DNA of 64,000 nt from Myxococcales bacterium (GCA_016792845.1 JAEUKH010000018.1:138984-202983); one strand, 5' to 3'. Numbered from the stretch's first letter, positions 1-10,773 are shown. Notes: generated from the letters alone by a model not told the origin. Numbers and translations are program-made.

Positions 1-548
1 TCTTCGAGCGCGCGCTGCTGGCCGAGGGGCCTCAGCGCCTCGTCGCCACCTTCGACGTGGTGGTGATCGACACGGCGCCCTACCTCGGGCTCCTCACGGT
101 CAACGCCCTGGTCGCCGCCGACACGCTGCTCGTGCCGGTGAGCTGCGAGTATCTGCCCATGTTGGGGCTCAAGCTGCTCGGCGAGACCGTCGAGCGCCTG
201 CGTCAACGGGCCGGCGCGCGGTGCGAGGTGATGGGCTACCTCCTCACCATGGTCGACCGCCGCGAGCGCATCACCGTCGAGGTCGAGGAGCTTCTCCGTA
301 AGCGCTTCGGCGACAAGGTCTTCGAGGCCGTGATCCGCGCCAACACGCACCACAAGGCCGCCCCCTCGCACCGCAAGACCATCTTCGAGCACGAGCCCGA
401 GAAGGGCCGCGGCCGCGAAGACTACACCGCCCTCTGCGACGAGGTGATCGCGCGCCTCGGCCTGCGCCGCGCCCGCCGAAAGGCCCCCGTGCGAGGCCCC
501 AAACCCGCCGACGATGCCGCCCCCGCGCGCGCCCTCTCGCGAGGCTGA
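1..548 (+). CDS. ParA/MinD-family ATPase, C-terminal part; 5' end lies upstream of the window
   Basis: Reading frame is open from base 3. Translation ...VVIDTAPYLGLLTVNALVAADTLLVPVSCEYLPMLGL... matches the ParA/Soj C-terminal region. No parB follows, so this is probably an orphan ParA-like gene. Confidence 0.75.
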   Translation, partial: FERALLAEGPQRLVATFDVVVIDTAPYLGLLTVNALVAADTLLVPVSCEYLPMLGLKLLGETVERLRQRAGARCEVMGYLLTMVDRRERITVEVEELLRKRFGDKVFEAVIRANTHHKAAPSHRKTIFEHEPEKGRGREDYTALCDEVIARLGLRRARRKAPVRGPKPADDAAPARALSRG

Positions 549-1125
549 CCTGAGCACCATGCGCCCACACCCTTCGCCCACTCACCGCGCGGCCTGCCTC
601 GCCCTCGCGCTCTGCCTCAGCGCCTGCGGCGGCGCCCGCGGATACAGCAGCGGCGGCGACGACGCCTCCTCCCGCGACGACGCGTCGACCCAAGACCTCG
701 GCGGCCTCGACGCGGGCCTCGTGACACCTCCCGATGACCTCGGGCGCCCGCCCGCTGACACGGGCAACGTCACACCGCCCGCTGACACCGGCAACGTCAC
801 ACCGCCCACCGACACCGGCAACGTCACACCGCCCGCTGACACCGGCAACGTCACCCCGCCCACCGACACGGGCAACGTCACACCGCCCGCTGACACGGGC
901 AACGTCACCCCCCTCGACGCGGGCACGATGCCCGCGATCTGCCCCTCATCGTGCACCACCTCGACGGCGTGCGAGCCGTGCCGCGGGCCGAGCGACCCGC
1001 CGGGCTCAAACTACTGCTGCGTGAGCGGACTCTGCCTCTACATGCAGGGCGTCTGCGGCAGCGTGCCGACCGACGTCGCGCTGCCCACAGACCTCAGCGC
1101 CGACGTGGGCGACCTGGGGCTCTGA
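514..1125 (+). CDS. Exported lipoprotein with 11-aa tandem repeats and a Cys-rich C-terminus
   Basis: Signal peptide with lipobox LSAC. About six copies of [A/T]DTGNVTPP. C-terminal segment with 8 Cys. Confidence 0.5.
   Translation: MPPPRAPSREADLSTMRPHPSPTHRAACLALALCLSACGGARGYSSGGDDASSRDDASTQDLGGLDAGLVTPPDDLGRPPADTGNVTPPADTGNVTPPTDTGNVTPPADTGNVTPPTDTGNVTPPADTGNVTPLDAGTMPAICPSSCTTSTACEPCRGPSDPPGSNYCCVSGLCLYMQGVCGSVPTDVALPTDLSADVGDLGL
757..917 (+). repeat. 33-bp tandem repeat (about 5-6 copies) inside the lipoprotein gene
   Basis: ccgc(t/c)gacac(g/c)ggcaacgtcacaccgcc repeated head-to-tail, encoding PPADTGNVTPP / PPTDTGNVTPP. Confidence 0.8.
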
Positions 1126-1176
1126 TGTTCACAACGTCAACATTGAATGTTGACAGCGTTTACATCGGCCGAGATT

Positions 1177-1836
1177 TCAGGCGCCGGGTCGCGAGAGCGT
1201 CCAATGGCGGTCGCTGGTCATTGAGACGGTGACGTCGACGAGCCCAGCGCGGTCGCATGCGGCGCGCACCTCGTCGACGGTCAGGGCCGCGCCGAGCGAG
1301 GCCCGAAAGAGCGCCTGCCCCGTCGCGTCTTCGTCTCGGGCCCACCGCGCCACGAGGGCCTCGACGGCCTCGACGCTCTCGGGGCGGGCGAGGTCGCGCA
1401 CGAAGAGCGCCGCGGTCTCACCGGCGACGTAGGCGAGGGCATCGAAGAAGCGCGCCACGTCAGCGACATGGTGAACGAGGCTGTTCGACATCACCGCGTC
1501 GAAAGACCCTGGGGCGAAGGGCAGCGCCTTGGTGTCGGCGTGCACGAGCGAGACCCGCCCGTCGAGACCCGCCGCCGCGATGTTTCGCCGCGCCACGTCG
1601 AGCATCGCGGGCGAGAGGTCGACCCCGGTGACCGACAGGCCCGACACCCGGGCCGCGAGCGCCACCGCGATCTGCCCCGTGCCCACCCCGAGGTCGAGCA
1701 CCCTCCGGGGCCGCGCCGCGCACGACAAGAAGTCGTCGACGAAGCGCGCGTTGACGGCCCTGTGATCGATCGCGTCGTAGGCGAGGGCCTCGGCGGGGTC
1801 ATCCATCGATTCGGGTTCGAGTACGCGGTCGAGCAC
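1177..1836 (-). CDS. Class I SAM-dependent methyltransferase
   Basis: Motif I VLDLGVGTGQIAVALA. About 219 aa, a typical small methyltransferase. Confidence 0.7.
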   Translation of the reverse strand: MLDRVLEPESMDDPAEALAYDAIDHRAVNARFVDDFLSCAARPRRVLDLGVGTGQIAVALAARVSGLSVTGVDLSPAMLDVARRNIAAAGLDGRVSLVHADTKALPFAPGSFDAVMSNSLVHHVADVARFFDALAYVAGETAALFVRDLARPESVEAVEALVARWARDEDATGQALFRASLGAALTVDEVRAACDRAGLVDVTVSMTSDRHWTLSRPGA

Positions 1837-1874
1837 AGCCTCGCGAGGCTATCGGCCCCGCAGCGCGCGCGCAA

Positions 1875-3380
1875 CTACCGCAGCAGCGCCCGCAGCACCA
1901 AGGCCGCCCCGAGGGCGCTCACCGCCGCCGACGAGAGCACAGGCAGGACACGCAGAGCCTTCGACGAGACCTCGAAGCGATCGAGCCAACGCCGCCCCAA
2001 GACCGCCGCCGCGCCGACGAGGCTCAGCACCGCCGCGAGACCCGCAGAGAAGGCCACTAAGAGCCCGATACCCCACAACAATTTGCCAAGCGAGAGCGCC
2101 GCGAGGAGCAGCACCAGCGCACCCGGGCACGGCACCACGCCGCCGCTCACTCCCATCAGCACGAGCCCGCGCAGGTCGAGGCGCTCTGGCACGGCGTGGC
2201 TGTGAGCCCCCCCGTCGTGGGCGTGCCCCGCGGCCGAAGACGGCTGTCGAAACCGTCGCCATCGCCCGGGGAGCTGCGCCAAGGCCACCGCCACGATGAG
2301 CGCCCCCGCGGCGAGCTCAAGCGTCTTGACGAGCTTCTCGGTGCCCACGGTGCGCTCGATGGCCAGGGCCAGGAGCGCGAGGGCGAACACCGAGGCCGTG
2401 TGGCTGAGGGTGATCGCGAGGCCCAAGAGCAGCGCGTGCCGCACCGTACCCCGAGAGCCCACCAACCACGCGCCCACCATCGCCTTGCCGTGCCCCGGCG
2501 AGAGGGCGTGGCTGGCCCCGAGCAGCAGCGCGAGCGCGAGGCTCAAGAGCGCCGCCGAGAGGCTTTGGGGCCCCGCCCTGAGCATCGCCACGAGCCGCGC
2601 CGACTCGCTCGCCGCGCCGCGCCGACTGACCACGCCCCGCGCGACGGCGGCGCCTGCCGACTCGCCCTGGGCGGCCTCGCTGCGGTCGAACACGAAGGTC
2701 GCCTCGTCGGTCTGCGGCAACCCGCGCCCGTCGGGGCGCTCTTCAGGGTACACGAGCGAAGGCCCCGCCCGCGGCAACGTCGCCGGGAGCGAGCTCGACA
2801 CCACCCGCGCCGCCCCACCCGGCACCGCATCAATCTCACGCCACCCCGGACGCTCGGGGCGAAACGCGTCGCGCACCTGCACCGTGACCCGCGCCTCGGG
2901 CCCCGGCCACGGCGCCGCGAAGATCACCGCGACGCGCAGGGTCGAGAGGCCGTTCTGCCCCGGCGGCGCCTCAAGGGTGCGCCCCACCTCGGCCAGCGCC
3001 ACACGCACGCCGTTGACGCGGACGTCGAGCCCCCGCGCGATGCCGGGCACCATGCGGTCGAGAAAGCGGTCGCGCTCTTGCGGCGTGATGCGCTCATCGT
3101 GGTCGACGTCGATGCGCTCGATCTCGGCGTAGGCAGGCAGCTCGGCCAGGTCGAGCAGGTAGTCGATCTCAAGCTGCGCCGCCCGGGGGTCGACGCCCAC
3201 GTAGCGGTTCACCGACGACATGCCCAACGGATGCGCCCCGAGCCCCGCGCCCATCAACACCAAGGCCGCGAAGACCCAGACCCGCAGCGCAATGACCCTC
3301 AACCGCACAGCGAAGGGTGATACCACCGTCGCGCCTTCAAGGAGGGCGACGGCGAATGAGCGACGACGCTTTGACCGCAC
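1875..3380 (-). CDS. Membrane metal transporter, NicO/RcnA-like (HALSPGHGK motif), with an N-terminal periplasmic domain
   Basis: N-terminal signal/TM, a periplasmic domain of about 250 aa, then HALSPGHGKAMVGAWLVG and several TM helices typical of nickel/cobalt transporter families. The true start may be internal. Confidence 0.45.
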   Translation of the reverse strand: MRSKRRRSFAVALLEGATVVSPFAVRLRVIALRVWVFAALVLMGAGLGAHPLGMSSVNRYVGVDPRAAQLEIDYLLDLAELPAYAEIERIDVDHDERITPQERDRFLDRMVPGIARGLDVRVNGVRVALAEVGRTLEAPPGQNGLSTLRVAVIFAAPWPGPEARVTVQVRDAFRPERPGWREIDAVPGGAARVVSSSLPATLPRAGPSLVYPEERPDGRGLPQTDEATFVFDRSEAAQGESAGAAVARGVVSRRGAASESARLVAMLRAGPQSLSAALLSLALALLLGASHALSPGHGKAMVGAWLVGSRGTVRHALLLGLAITLSHTASVFALALLALAIERTVGTEKLVKTLELAAGALIVAVALAQLPGRWRRFRQPSSAAGHAHDGGAHSHAVPERLDLRGLVLMGVSGGVVPCPGALVLLLAALSLGKLLWGIGLLVAFSAGLAAVLSLVGAAAVLGRRWLDRFEVSSKALRVLPVLSSAAVSALGAALVLRALLR

Positions 3381-4408
3381 GCATCGTGGCCGAGGCGACC
3401 CGGCTAGGCTTTCACCGCGTGGGCATCGCCGCGGCGGGCCCGCTCAGCGTCGACCACCCGCGCTACGAAGCCTTCGTGGCAGAGGGGCTCCACGGCGAGA
3501 TGGGCTTCCTCGCAGAAGACGCCGCGGTGCGCCGCGACGTCGATCACCCGGGCATCCTGCAAGGCGCCAAGAGCGTCATCGTGTGCGCCCTCTCGTACCA
3601 CCGCCGCGACGCCCCCTCGCCCCTCACCGGCGCCACCGTCGCGCGCTACGCCCAGGGCCGCGACTACCATAACTTCTTCCGTAAGCGGCTCCGTAAGCTC
3701 GCGAAGTTTGTGCGCACCCTCGGGGGCGAGGCGCGTCCGACGGTCGACACGGCGCCGCTCCTCGAGCGCGCCTGGGCGGCCCGCGCGGGGGTGGGCTTCG
3801 TCGGCAAGAACGGCATGATCATCGCGCCAGGGCTCGGGTCGTACCTCCTCCTCGGTGAGGTCGTCACCGACCTCGTCCTCACCCCGGGAGCGCCCCTCAG
3901 CAGCCGCTGCGGCGCCTGCACGCTCTGCCTCGACGGGTGCCCCACCCGCGCTTTCGCGGCCCCGTACCGCCTCGACCCCCGGCGCTGCATCGCCTATCTC
4001 ACCATCGAACAAAAGGGCGCCATCGCGCCCGCGCTGCGCCCCCTCGTAGGCGACAGGCTCTTCGGCTGCGACACCTGCCAAGACCTCTGCCCCTTCAACC
4101 GAACCGCCCCGCCGCCCGCCGAAGGCACCCGCGATTTTGAGCCCGACCCGCGCTACGCCGGACGCGCCGTCGAAGACCTCTTGACCCTCGACGACGCCGG
4201 CTTCGCGGCCCTCACCGAAGGCACGCCCCTCGCCCGCGCCACCCGACCCGGGCTCGCCCGCAACGCCGCGGTGGTCATCGGCAACACCGGCGGGCGGCGT
4301 CACCTGCCCGTTCTTCGACAGACTGTCAACACTGACCCGAACGCGCTCGTCCGTGAAACCGCAGCCTGGGCGATCGATCAGATCGAAGCCCGAGACCCAT
4401 CACGTTGA
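3356..4408 (+). CDS. queG: tRNA epoxyqueuosine(34) reductase QueG
   Basis: Two 4Fe-4S ferredoxin-type Cys clusters (CGACTLCLDGCP, CDTCQDLCP) plus the CIAYLTIE region and a HEAT-like C-terminus. Start placed at MSDDAL. Confidence 0.8.
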   Translation: MSDDALTARIVAEATRLGFHRVGIAAAGPLSVDHPRYEAFVAEGLHGEMGFLAEDAAVRRDVDHPGILQGAKSVIVCALSYHRRDAPSPLTGATVARYAQGRDYHNFFRKRLRKLAKFVRTLGGEARPTVDTAPLLERAWAARAGVGFVGKNGMIIAPGLGSYLLLGEVVTDLVLTPGAPLSSRCGACTLCLDGCPTRAFAAPYRLDPRRCIAYLTIEQKGAIAPALRPLVGDRLFGCDTCQDLCPFNRTAPPPAEGTRDFEPDPRYAGRAVEDLLTLDDAGFAALTEGTPLARATRPGLARNAAVVIGNTGGRRHLPVLRQTVNTDPNALVRETAAWAIDQIEARDPSR

Positions 4409-4689
4409 CGGAGCGTCAACCTTCGCCTGCCCGGCCTGTTTGCCCCGCCCACCGTGCGAGGCGAGGCCGCCCTTGCGCCCGGCGAGGCGGGCTTTTTCGC
4501 TGTCCCACTCGTGGCCGGTGCCCTTCTCGTGGCTCGCGCGGCCGCCCTTCGAGGCGATGGCCTTCTGCCGCGCCGGATCCATCGCCGCAAAGCCCCGCCG
4601 CGCCTTCTTGCGTACAGGCACCGCGGCGCCCGCGTCGACGCCCCCGAGGGCCATGTTGTCGTGCTCGTCTCTTGCGTTGTGCGCCATTG
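4400..4689 (-). CDS. KGG-repeat general stress protein (YciG-like)
   Basis: Repeated GRKGG/ASHGG motifs (KGG stress-induced repeat). Start placed at MAHNARDEHD. Confidence 0.6.
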
Positions 4690-4933
4690 GGCTCCCTCTC
4701 TCGGGCACGGCCCCGCCGGTGCCGCCCGACGAGGGCGCGCCCCCCGACGTCGACACCCACGGGCAACGTGCGTAGAGGGTTTGTACACCCCGCACTCCCA
4801 ACGGCAAGTGCTCCTCGGGGTGCACTTTTTGAGTACACGACCGAGATCAGTGATTGGGCCGGGGCCCACTTGTAGAGGGTTTGAACAAGTCCTGAGCGTG
4901 GCCCTCTGACCGGGCCGCGCGGGGGGTCGCGCG

Positions 4934-6301
<1,368 letters not shown>

Positions 6302-6386
6302 CTGTGCGGCGCGGAGGGTAGAGCCTTTTCGCCCGCGCCGAAAGACCTCTCTTGCACCCGCTTTCGACCGGTCGCAGGCTCACCCC

Positions 6387-7271
6387 GTGAGCTTCTCAAC
6401 GCCCCTCATTTCGGTCGAAGCGTTGTCTACCCTGGCCGCCTCACCGCGGCTCCGGTTGATCGACCTCCGGTGGCATCTCAACGGCCCGAGCGGCGCCGAT
6501 TTGTACGCCCGCGGCCACCTCGACGGGGCCGTCTTTGTCGACCTCGAAGCCGCCCTCACGGCCCCCGTGGGCCCCGGGCGACACCCCATCGCCAGCCGCG
6601 CCCAGTTTGAGCGGGCCATGCGCGCGGCGGGCGTCTCGAACGACACGACGGTGGTGGTCTACGACGACGCCGGCGGCAGCGTCGCGTCTCGGCTCTGGTG
6701 GCTCTTGCGATACTACGGGCACACCGAGGTCGCGGTGCTCGACGGCGGCCTCGCCCGCTACGAGGCCCTCGGCGGCGCGCTCAGCACCCGCGCCACGGCG
6801 CCCGAGCCCGGCAGCTTCGTGGCGAAGCCCGGGGCCATGCCCGTGGTCTCGGCCCTCACCGTCGAGGCTCGGGCCGCCGAGCCCGAGGGGGCGCTCCTCC
6901 TCGACGCCCGCGCGCCCGAGCGGTACCGCGGCGAGGTCGAACCCGTCGACGCCCGGGCGGGGCACATCCCCTCGGCCCGCAACGCCTTCTGGCAGTGGCA
7001 CCTCGACGGCGCGGTGTTTCGCAGCCGAGAGGCCCTCGCGGCCCACTTCGCCGCCCTCGGGGTCACCCCCTCGCGCGAGGTGATCGCCTACTGCGGCAGC
7101 GGCGTCACCGCCTCACAGCTCATCTTGGCCCTCACCTACGCAATGCCCTCCCTCACCGTCTCGCTCTACGAAGGCAGCTGGAGCGACTGGTGCCGCGACC
7201 CCTCGCGCCCCATCGCCACCGGCGAGGCCCCGGGGCAGCTCTGGCCATCAAGCCCATCGCCCCGCTGTTGA
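6387..7271 (+). CDS. Tandem-rhodanese sulfurtransferase (thiosulfate/3-mercaptopyruvate type)
   Basis: Two rhodanese modules. Active-site loop CGSGVTAS near the C-terminus. Confidence 0.75.
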   Translation: MSFSTPLISVEALSTLAASPRLRLIDLRWHLNGPSGADLYARGHLDGAVFVDLEAALTAPVGPGRHPIASRAQFERAMRAAGVSNDTTVVVYDDAGGSVASRLWWLLRYYGHTEVAVLDGGLARYEALGGALSTRATAPEPGSFVAKPGAMPVVSALTVEARAAEPEGALLLDARAPERYRGEVEPVDARAGHIPSARNAFWQWHLDGAVFRSREALAAHFAALGVTPSREVIAYCGSGVTASQLILALTYAMPSLTVSLYEGSWSDWCRDPSRPIATGEAPGQLWPSSPSPRC

Positions 7272-7555
7272 ACGGTGTTCAACACGCCCCTCGCATCGCC
7301 TTGTTGAACAGTGTTCAACACGCCCCCCATCGGCGCCACAACCACACTCGCAGCGCTTCGTTGAGCGGCGCTCAACACGATCACCGCGGAGAGGCGGCAC
7401 GCTGTTGAACAGCGCTCAACAGCGAGGCCCGATGACGCTTCGGCGCCCGCGGAGTGTGCGGCGGTCGCGCGACCGGCGGCCCTCACGGGTCGGGGGTCAC
7501 ACGCAGACGCTGTAGCGATTCTCTGGGGCGAGGAGGCTGTTGAACAGTGTTCAAC
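7267..7555. repeat. Array of five 17-bp palindromes GTTGAAC-N3-GTTCAAC in a convergent intergenic region
   Basis: Copies at about 7267, 7303, 7360 (GTTGAGCGGCGCTCAAC), 7404 and 7539. Spacing is irregular (34-126 bp). Confidence 0.85.
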
Positions 7556-7576
7556 ACGGCGGGGCGCCGAGGGCGC

Positions 7577-8668
7577 TCAGAGCACGTCGTCGCGCTTCGC
7601 GGCGGTGAGGGCGTCGATGGCCTTCTTGATGTCCTGGGCCTTGTCACGCGGCATCACGAGGAGCGCGTCGGGGGTGTCGACGACGACGAAGTCTTTCACC
7701 CCGACGAGGGCGACGACCTTGCCGGCGGGCGCCACCACCACGTTGCCCGAGGCGTCTGCGAGGATGGCGTTGCCGCGGTCGACGCGCACCACGTTGCCCG
7801 CGGCGTCTTTGGCCCCGAGCTCCCACGAGGCTTGCCAGCTGCCGACGTCGTTCCACCCGCAATCGACGGGCACGACGGCGACCTCGGCAACCTTCTCCAT
7901 GACGCCGTAGTCGATCGAGATGTTGGGCAGTTGCGCGTATTTCGCGGCCACAGTCTCGGCCTCTCGGCCCTCCCTCGCCGCGGCATCGAAGCCGTCGATG
8001 GCCTCGGCCACGGTGGGCAGGAGGGCCTTCACCGCGTCGCGCATCACGTCGGCGCGAAACACGAAGATCCCAGCGTTCCACAAATGGCTGCCCCCCGCGA
8101 CGAACTGCGCCGCGCGGGCCGCGTCGGGCTTCTCGACGAAGGCCGCGACCTTCTTCACCCCGGCCGCCGCGCCCTCGACGGCGTCGCCCACCCGGAGGTA
8201 GCCGTAGCCCGTCTCGGGCCGCGTAGGCTTGATGCCCAGGGTCACGATCGAGCCCGCGCGGGCCACCTCGACGGCGGTCTTGAGCGCCGCCACAAACGCG
8301 CCCTCGTCGACGATGAACGCGTCGGCCGCGAGCACCACCACCACGGCCTCGGGGTCGCGCCGCTGGATCACCGCCGTCGCCCAGGCCACACACGGCGCGG
8401 TGTTGCGACCCACGGGCTCAAGCAACACGTTCTCGGCCGGAAGGTCGGGCAAAGCCGACGCCGTCGCCGCCGCGAGGTCAGCCCGGGTCACCACCAGCGT
8501 GCGGTGCCGCGGAGAGAGCCCCGACACCCGACGCGCCGTGGCCGTCAAGAGCGGCGTCGTACCATCGGCCCCGAGCGGCAAAAACTGCTTCGGACGCGCC
8601 CGGCGTGACTGCGGCCAGAACCGCGTGCCCGAGCCCCCCGCCATGATGACCGTGAAGACCTCTCCCAT
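7577..8668 (-). CDS. manC: Mannose-1-phosphate guanylyltransferase
   Basis: MGEVFTVIMAGGSGTRFWP nucleotidyltransferase N-terminus. About 364 aa. Confidence 0.8.
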   Translation of the reverse strand: MGEVFTVIMAGGSGTRFWPQSRRARPKQFLPLGADGTTPLLTATARRVSGLSPRHRTLVVTRADLAAATASALPDLPAENVLLEPVGRNTAPCVAWATAVIQRRDPEAVVVVLAADAFIVDEGAFVAALKTAVEVARAGSIVTLGIKPTRPETGYGYLRVGDAVEGAAAGVKKVAAFVEKPDAARAAQFVAGGSHLWNAGIFVFRADVMRDAVKALLPTVAEAIDGFDAAAREGREAETVAAKYAQLPNISIDYGVMEKVAEVAVVPVDCGWNDVGSWQASWELGAKDAAGNVVRVDRGNAILADASGNVVVAPAGKVVALVGVKDFVVVDTPDALLVMPRDKAQDIKKAIDALTAAKRDDVL

Positions 8669-8761
8669 CGCCTTTGCCCTCGTGTGCGTTCTTTCTGCGC
8701 CGACGCGCCGAAGCGCAGTACCACAGCCGTCGGGCCGCGCGACACGTCTGTCAGTCAACCC

Positions 8762-8779
8762 TGTCAACGCGTTGACAGA
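8762..8779. promoter_or_regulatory. 18-bp perfect palindrome CTGTCAACGCGTTGACAG in the divergent manC / PDZ-protein promoter region
   Basis: Perfect inverted repeat, flanked by TGTCAGTCAAC. It lies between the manC start (8668) and the 8839 start. Confidence 0.5.
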
Positions 8780-8838
8780 CCCGTGCGACGGCTTTGCGTG
8801 AATCTTGCGACTTTTCGACGGGTGGCGTTTGACGTCGC

Positions 8839-10773
8839 TTGATGGTGACCGTCGCCGCCCGCCGCTCGCGCTTGCTCCTCGTTGGTGCCCTGCTCTTGGG
8901 GGCGTGTGAGACGCAGCCCACCCACGAGGTGTTGTCACTCACCGACCTCACGCCCCGGGCCCTTGAGGTCGGCGAGCGGGTGGTGCTCACCGGCGCGGGG
9001 CTGCCGCAAGCGCAAGACATCCACCGCATTCGGCTGCGCTTCAGCGGCACCGTCGCGCGCCCCGGCGCGGCCAGCTGCGGTCGCCCGGTGGTGCTCAACG
9101 TGGTCGACCCGCCCGACGAGGCGCAGCTCACCGACCACCTCACCGGGCAGAGCCGCGCGGCGACCTATGCCGAGAGCGCGCTCCACACGGTGCGCGTCGA
9201 CGGGCCCAATCGGCTTGAATTCGTGCTCACCGCGGCGATGCTCGACACCCTCTCGCGGTGCCCCGAGGCGAGCGAGGCGCAGAGCGACGCCCCCACCCAC
9301 GCGACGCTGAGCCTCAGCGGGGCGCGGGGCGGCGTGAGCCTCCAGATCGAGACCGCCCAGGGCACCGTGCTCTCGGCCGCCAGGGCGCTCCGCGGACCCA
9401 CCGTCGAGCTCATCCCCCATCGGGCCGCGCTGGCCGAGGAGCTCGCCGCGCGCACCACCGCCGAGCGCGCCCTCGACACCTTGGGCCTCCAGCTCGCAGC
9501 GGCGCACCCCACCGAAGGGGGGCTCCAGATCGAGCGCGTCAGACCCGGCTCTGCGGCCGACGAAGCGGGCCTCTCAGACGGCGACGTGATGGTGCGCCTC
9601 GATGGCGTGACCCTCCTCGGAGTCGGCGATTTTCTCCCCGCTCCGTCGCGCGAAGTCTCGGTGCTCACGGTGCGCCGCGGAGACGCCCTCGACGACCGCG
9701 CGATGCGGGTCTCGAGCCTCGCCCCGACGGCACCCGCCGACCTCGTCGCGACGGGCGTCTTGCTCCTCGTGGCGATGGCCTGGCTCCTCGTGGCCCGCGG
9801 CGGCGGCCCGGGCTCGGTGCGCTGGATCGTGCGTCGCCTCGGCAGCCCCGAGCGCGACCCCAGCACCCATCACAGCGCCCTCGACGACGCGCGCCGCGGC
9901 TGGCGTTGGAGCTGGCTCGTCGGCGACCTCCGGCGTCAGCTCTTGGGCCTCGCGGTGTTCGGCAGCACGCTGCTCTGCACGGTGCTCGGGCCCTTGTTCT
10001 TGGGGCGCGACCTCGACCTCGCGGCGGCCCACGGTTTTGTCGCTTTGGGCTCGCTGAGCCTCTCGGCCTTCTTGCTTCGTCAGCGGGGTCTCGCCCTCCA
10101 TCACACGGCCCGCGCACTCATCGACCGGCTCCCGAACGAGCTCCTGGCCCTGCTCCCGGTGGCGGTGGGCGTGATGGCCGCGGGCTCGCTGCACGTGCAA
10201 GACCTCGTCGACGCCCAGGGCGGCGCCCCGTGGCGCTTTACGGGCCTCGGCGCCCCCTGGACGGCCCTCCTCGTCGTCGGCTGGTGGGCCTCTCTGGTGC
10301 GTTCGACGGAGCCCGGCGTGGCCCTCGACCTCCGGGCCTGGGCGGGCACCGTCTCGATGCTCTGGGTGCGCGCGATGCTCGGCGTGGTGGTGTTTCTCGG
10401 CGCTTGGCGGCTCCCCGGCGTCGGGGCGATGACCCAAGACGCCCGCGCCTCGCTCAGCATGCTCGGGGCCCTGTGGCTGTCGCTCAAAGCCTGGGCCCTG
10501 GTGCTCTCGGCGCTCGCCGCCCGACGCGCCTTCGCCCGGGTGAGCGCCCCGCGCTTCAGCCGCTTCGTGCTCCGCGCGTGGCTGCCCATGTCGCTCGTCG
10601 CCGCGGCCCTCAGCGCCGCCCAGGTGCTCAGCACCCCCCGCCTCGGGAGCGTCACCCGCGACGTGCTCACCCGCTCGGCGAGTTGGGCCACCGTGGCCAC
10701 CCTGGCGATGGCCCTCGGGTGGATCACCTGGCGCCGCCTGCGCCCCCGCGCCACCTTCGGCTACGCCCCCTGA
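8839..10773 (+). CDS. PDZ domain-containing polytopic membrane protein
   Basis: N-terminal lipoprotein-like signal and a PDZ-like segment (GLQIERVRPGSAADEAGLSDGDVMVRLDGV), then at least 8 predicted TM helices. Confidence 0.5.
   Translation: MMVTVAARRSRLLLVGALLLGACETQPTHEVLSLTDLTPRALEVGERVVLTGAGLPQAQDIHRIRLRFSGTVARPGAASCGRPVVLNVVDPPDEAQLTDHLTGQSRAATYAESALHTVRVDGPNRLEFVLTAAMLDTLSRCPEASEAQSDAPTHATLSLSGARGGVSLQIETAQGTVLSAARALRGPTVELIPHRAALAEELAARTTAERALDTLGLQLAAAHPTEGGLQIERVRPGSAADEAGLSDGDVMVRLDGVTLLGVGDFLPAPSREVSVLTVRRGDALDDRAMRVSSLAPTAPADLVATGVLLLVAMAWLLVARGGGPGSVRWIVRRLGSPERDPSTHHSALDDARRGWRWSWLVGDLRRQLLGLAVFGSTLLCTVLGPLFLGRDLDLAAAHGFVALGSLSLSAFLLRQRGLALHHTARALIDRLPNELLALLPVAVGVMAAGSLHVQDLVDAQGGAPWRFTGLGAPWTALLVVGWWASLVRSTEPGVALDLRAWAGTVSMLWVRAMLGVVVFLGAWRLPGVGAMTQDARASLSMLGALWLSLKAWALVLSALAARRAFARVSAPRFSRFVLRAWLPMSLVAAALSAAQVLSTPRLGSVTRDVLTRSASWATVATLAMALGWITWRRLRPRATFGYAP

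Noticed and set aside
2196-3320. Long ORFs antisense or out of frame to confident genes. Examples: 2196..3320+, 7547..8608+, 7644..8393-, 9258..10778+, 10995..12047+, 18579..20504-, 20345..21520-, 36253..37911+, 41995..44478-, 46776..48038-, 51530..53194+, 54164..55198+, 54846..56261+, 59651..60793+.
   Set aside because: Their translations are Arg/Pro/Gly/Ala-rich low-complexity strings typical of non-coding frames in about 70% GC DNA. They overlap genes with clear homology on the other strand or frame.
4404-4420. GTTGAC-GGAGC-GTCAAC as an intrinsic terminator shared by the convergent queG and KGG genes
   Set aside because: 6-bp stem with no T-tract. It overlaps both stop codons. It more likely belongs to the GTTGAC palindrome family. 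Kept only as a weak possibility.
6698-7408. ORFs 6698..7408+ and 7166..7486- containing LNSVQ/LNTVQ peptides
   Set aside because: These are artefacts of reading through the intergenic palindrome array. The composition is Arg/Pro-rich. They overlap the rhodanese gene.
7267-7555. CRISPR array (also considered for 10774-11003 and 48446-48606)
   Set aside because: Repeats are only 17 bp and fully palindromic. Spacing is irregular (32-126 bp). No leader and no cas genes. The same unit also occurs singly inside genes.
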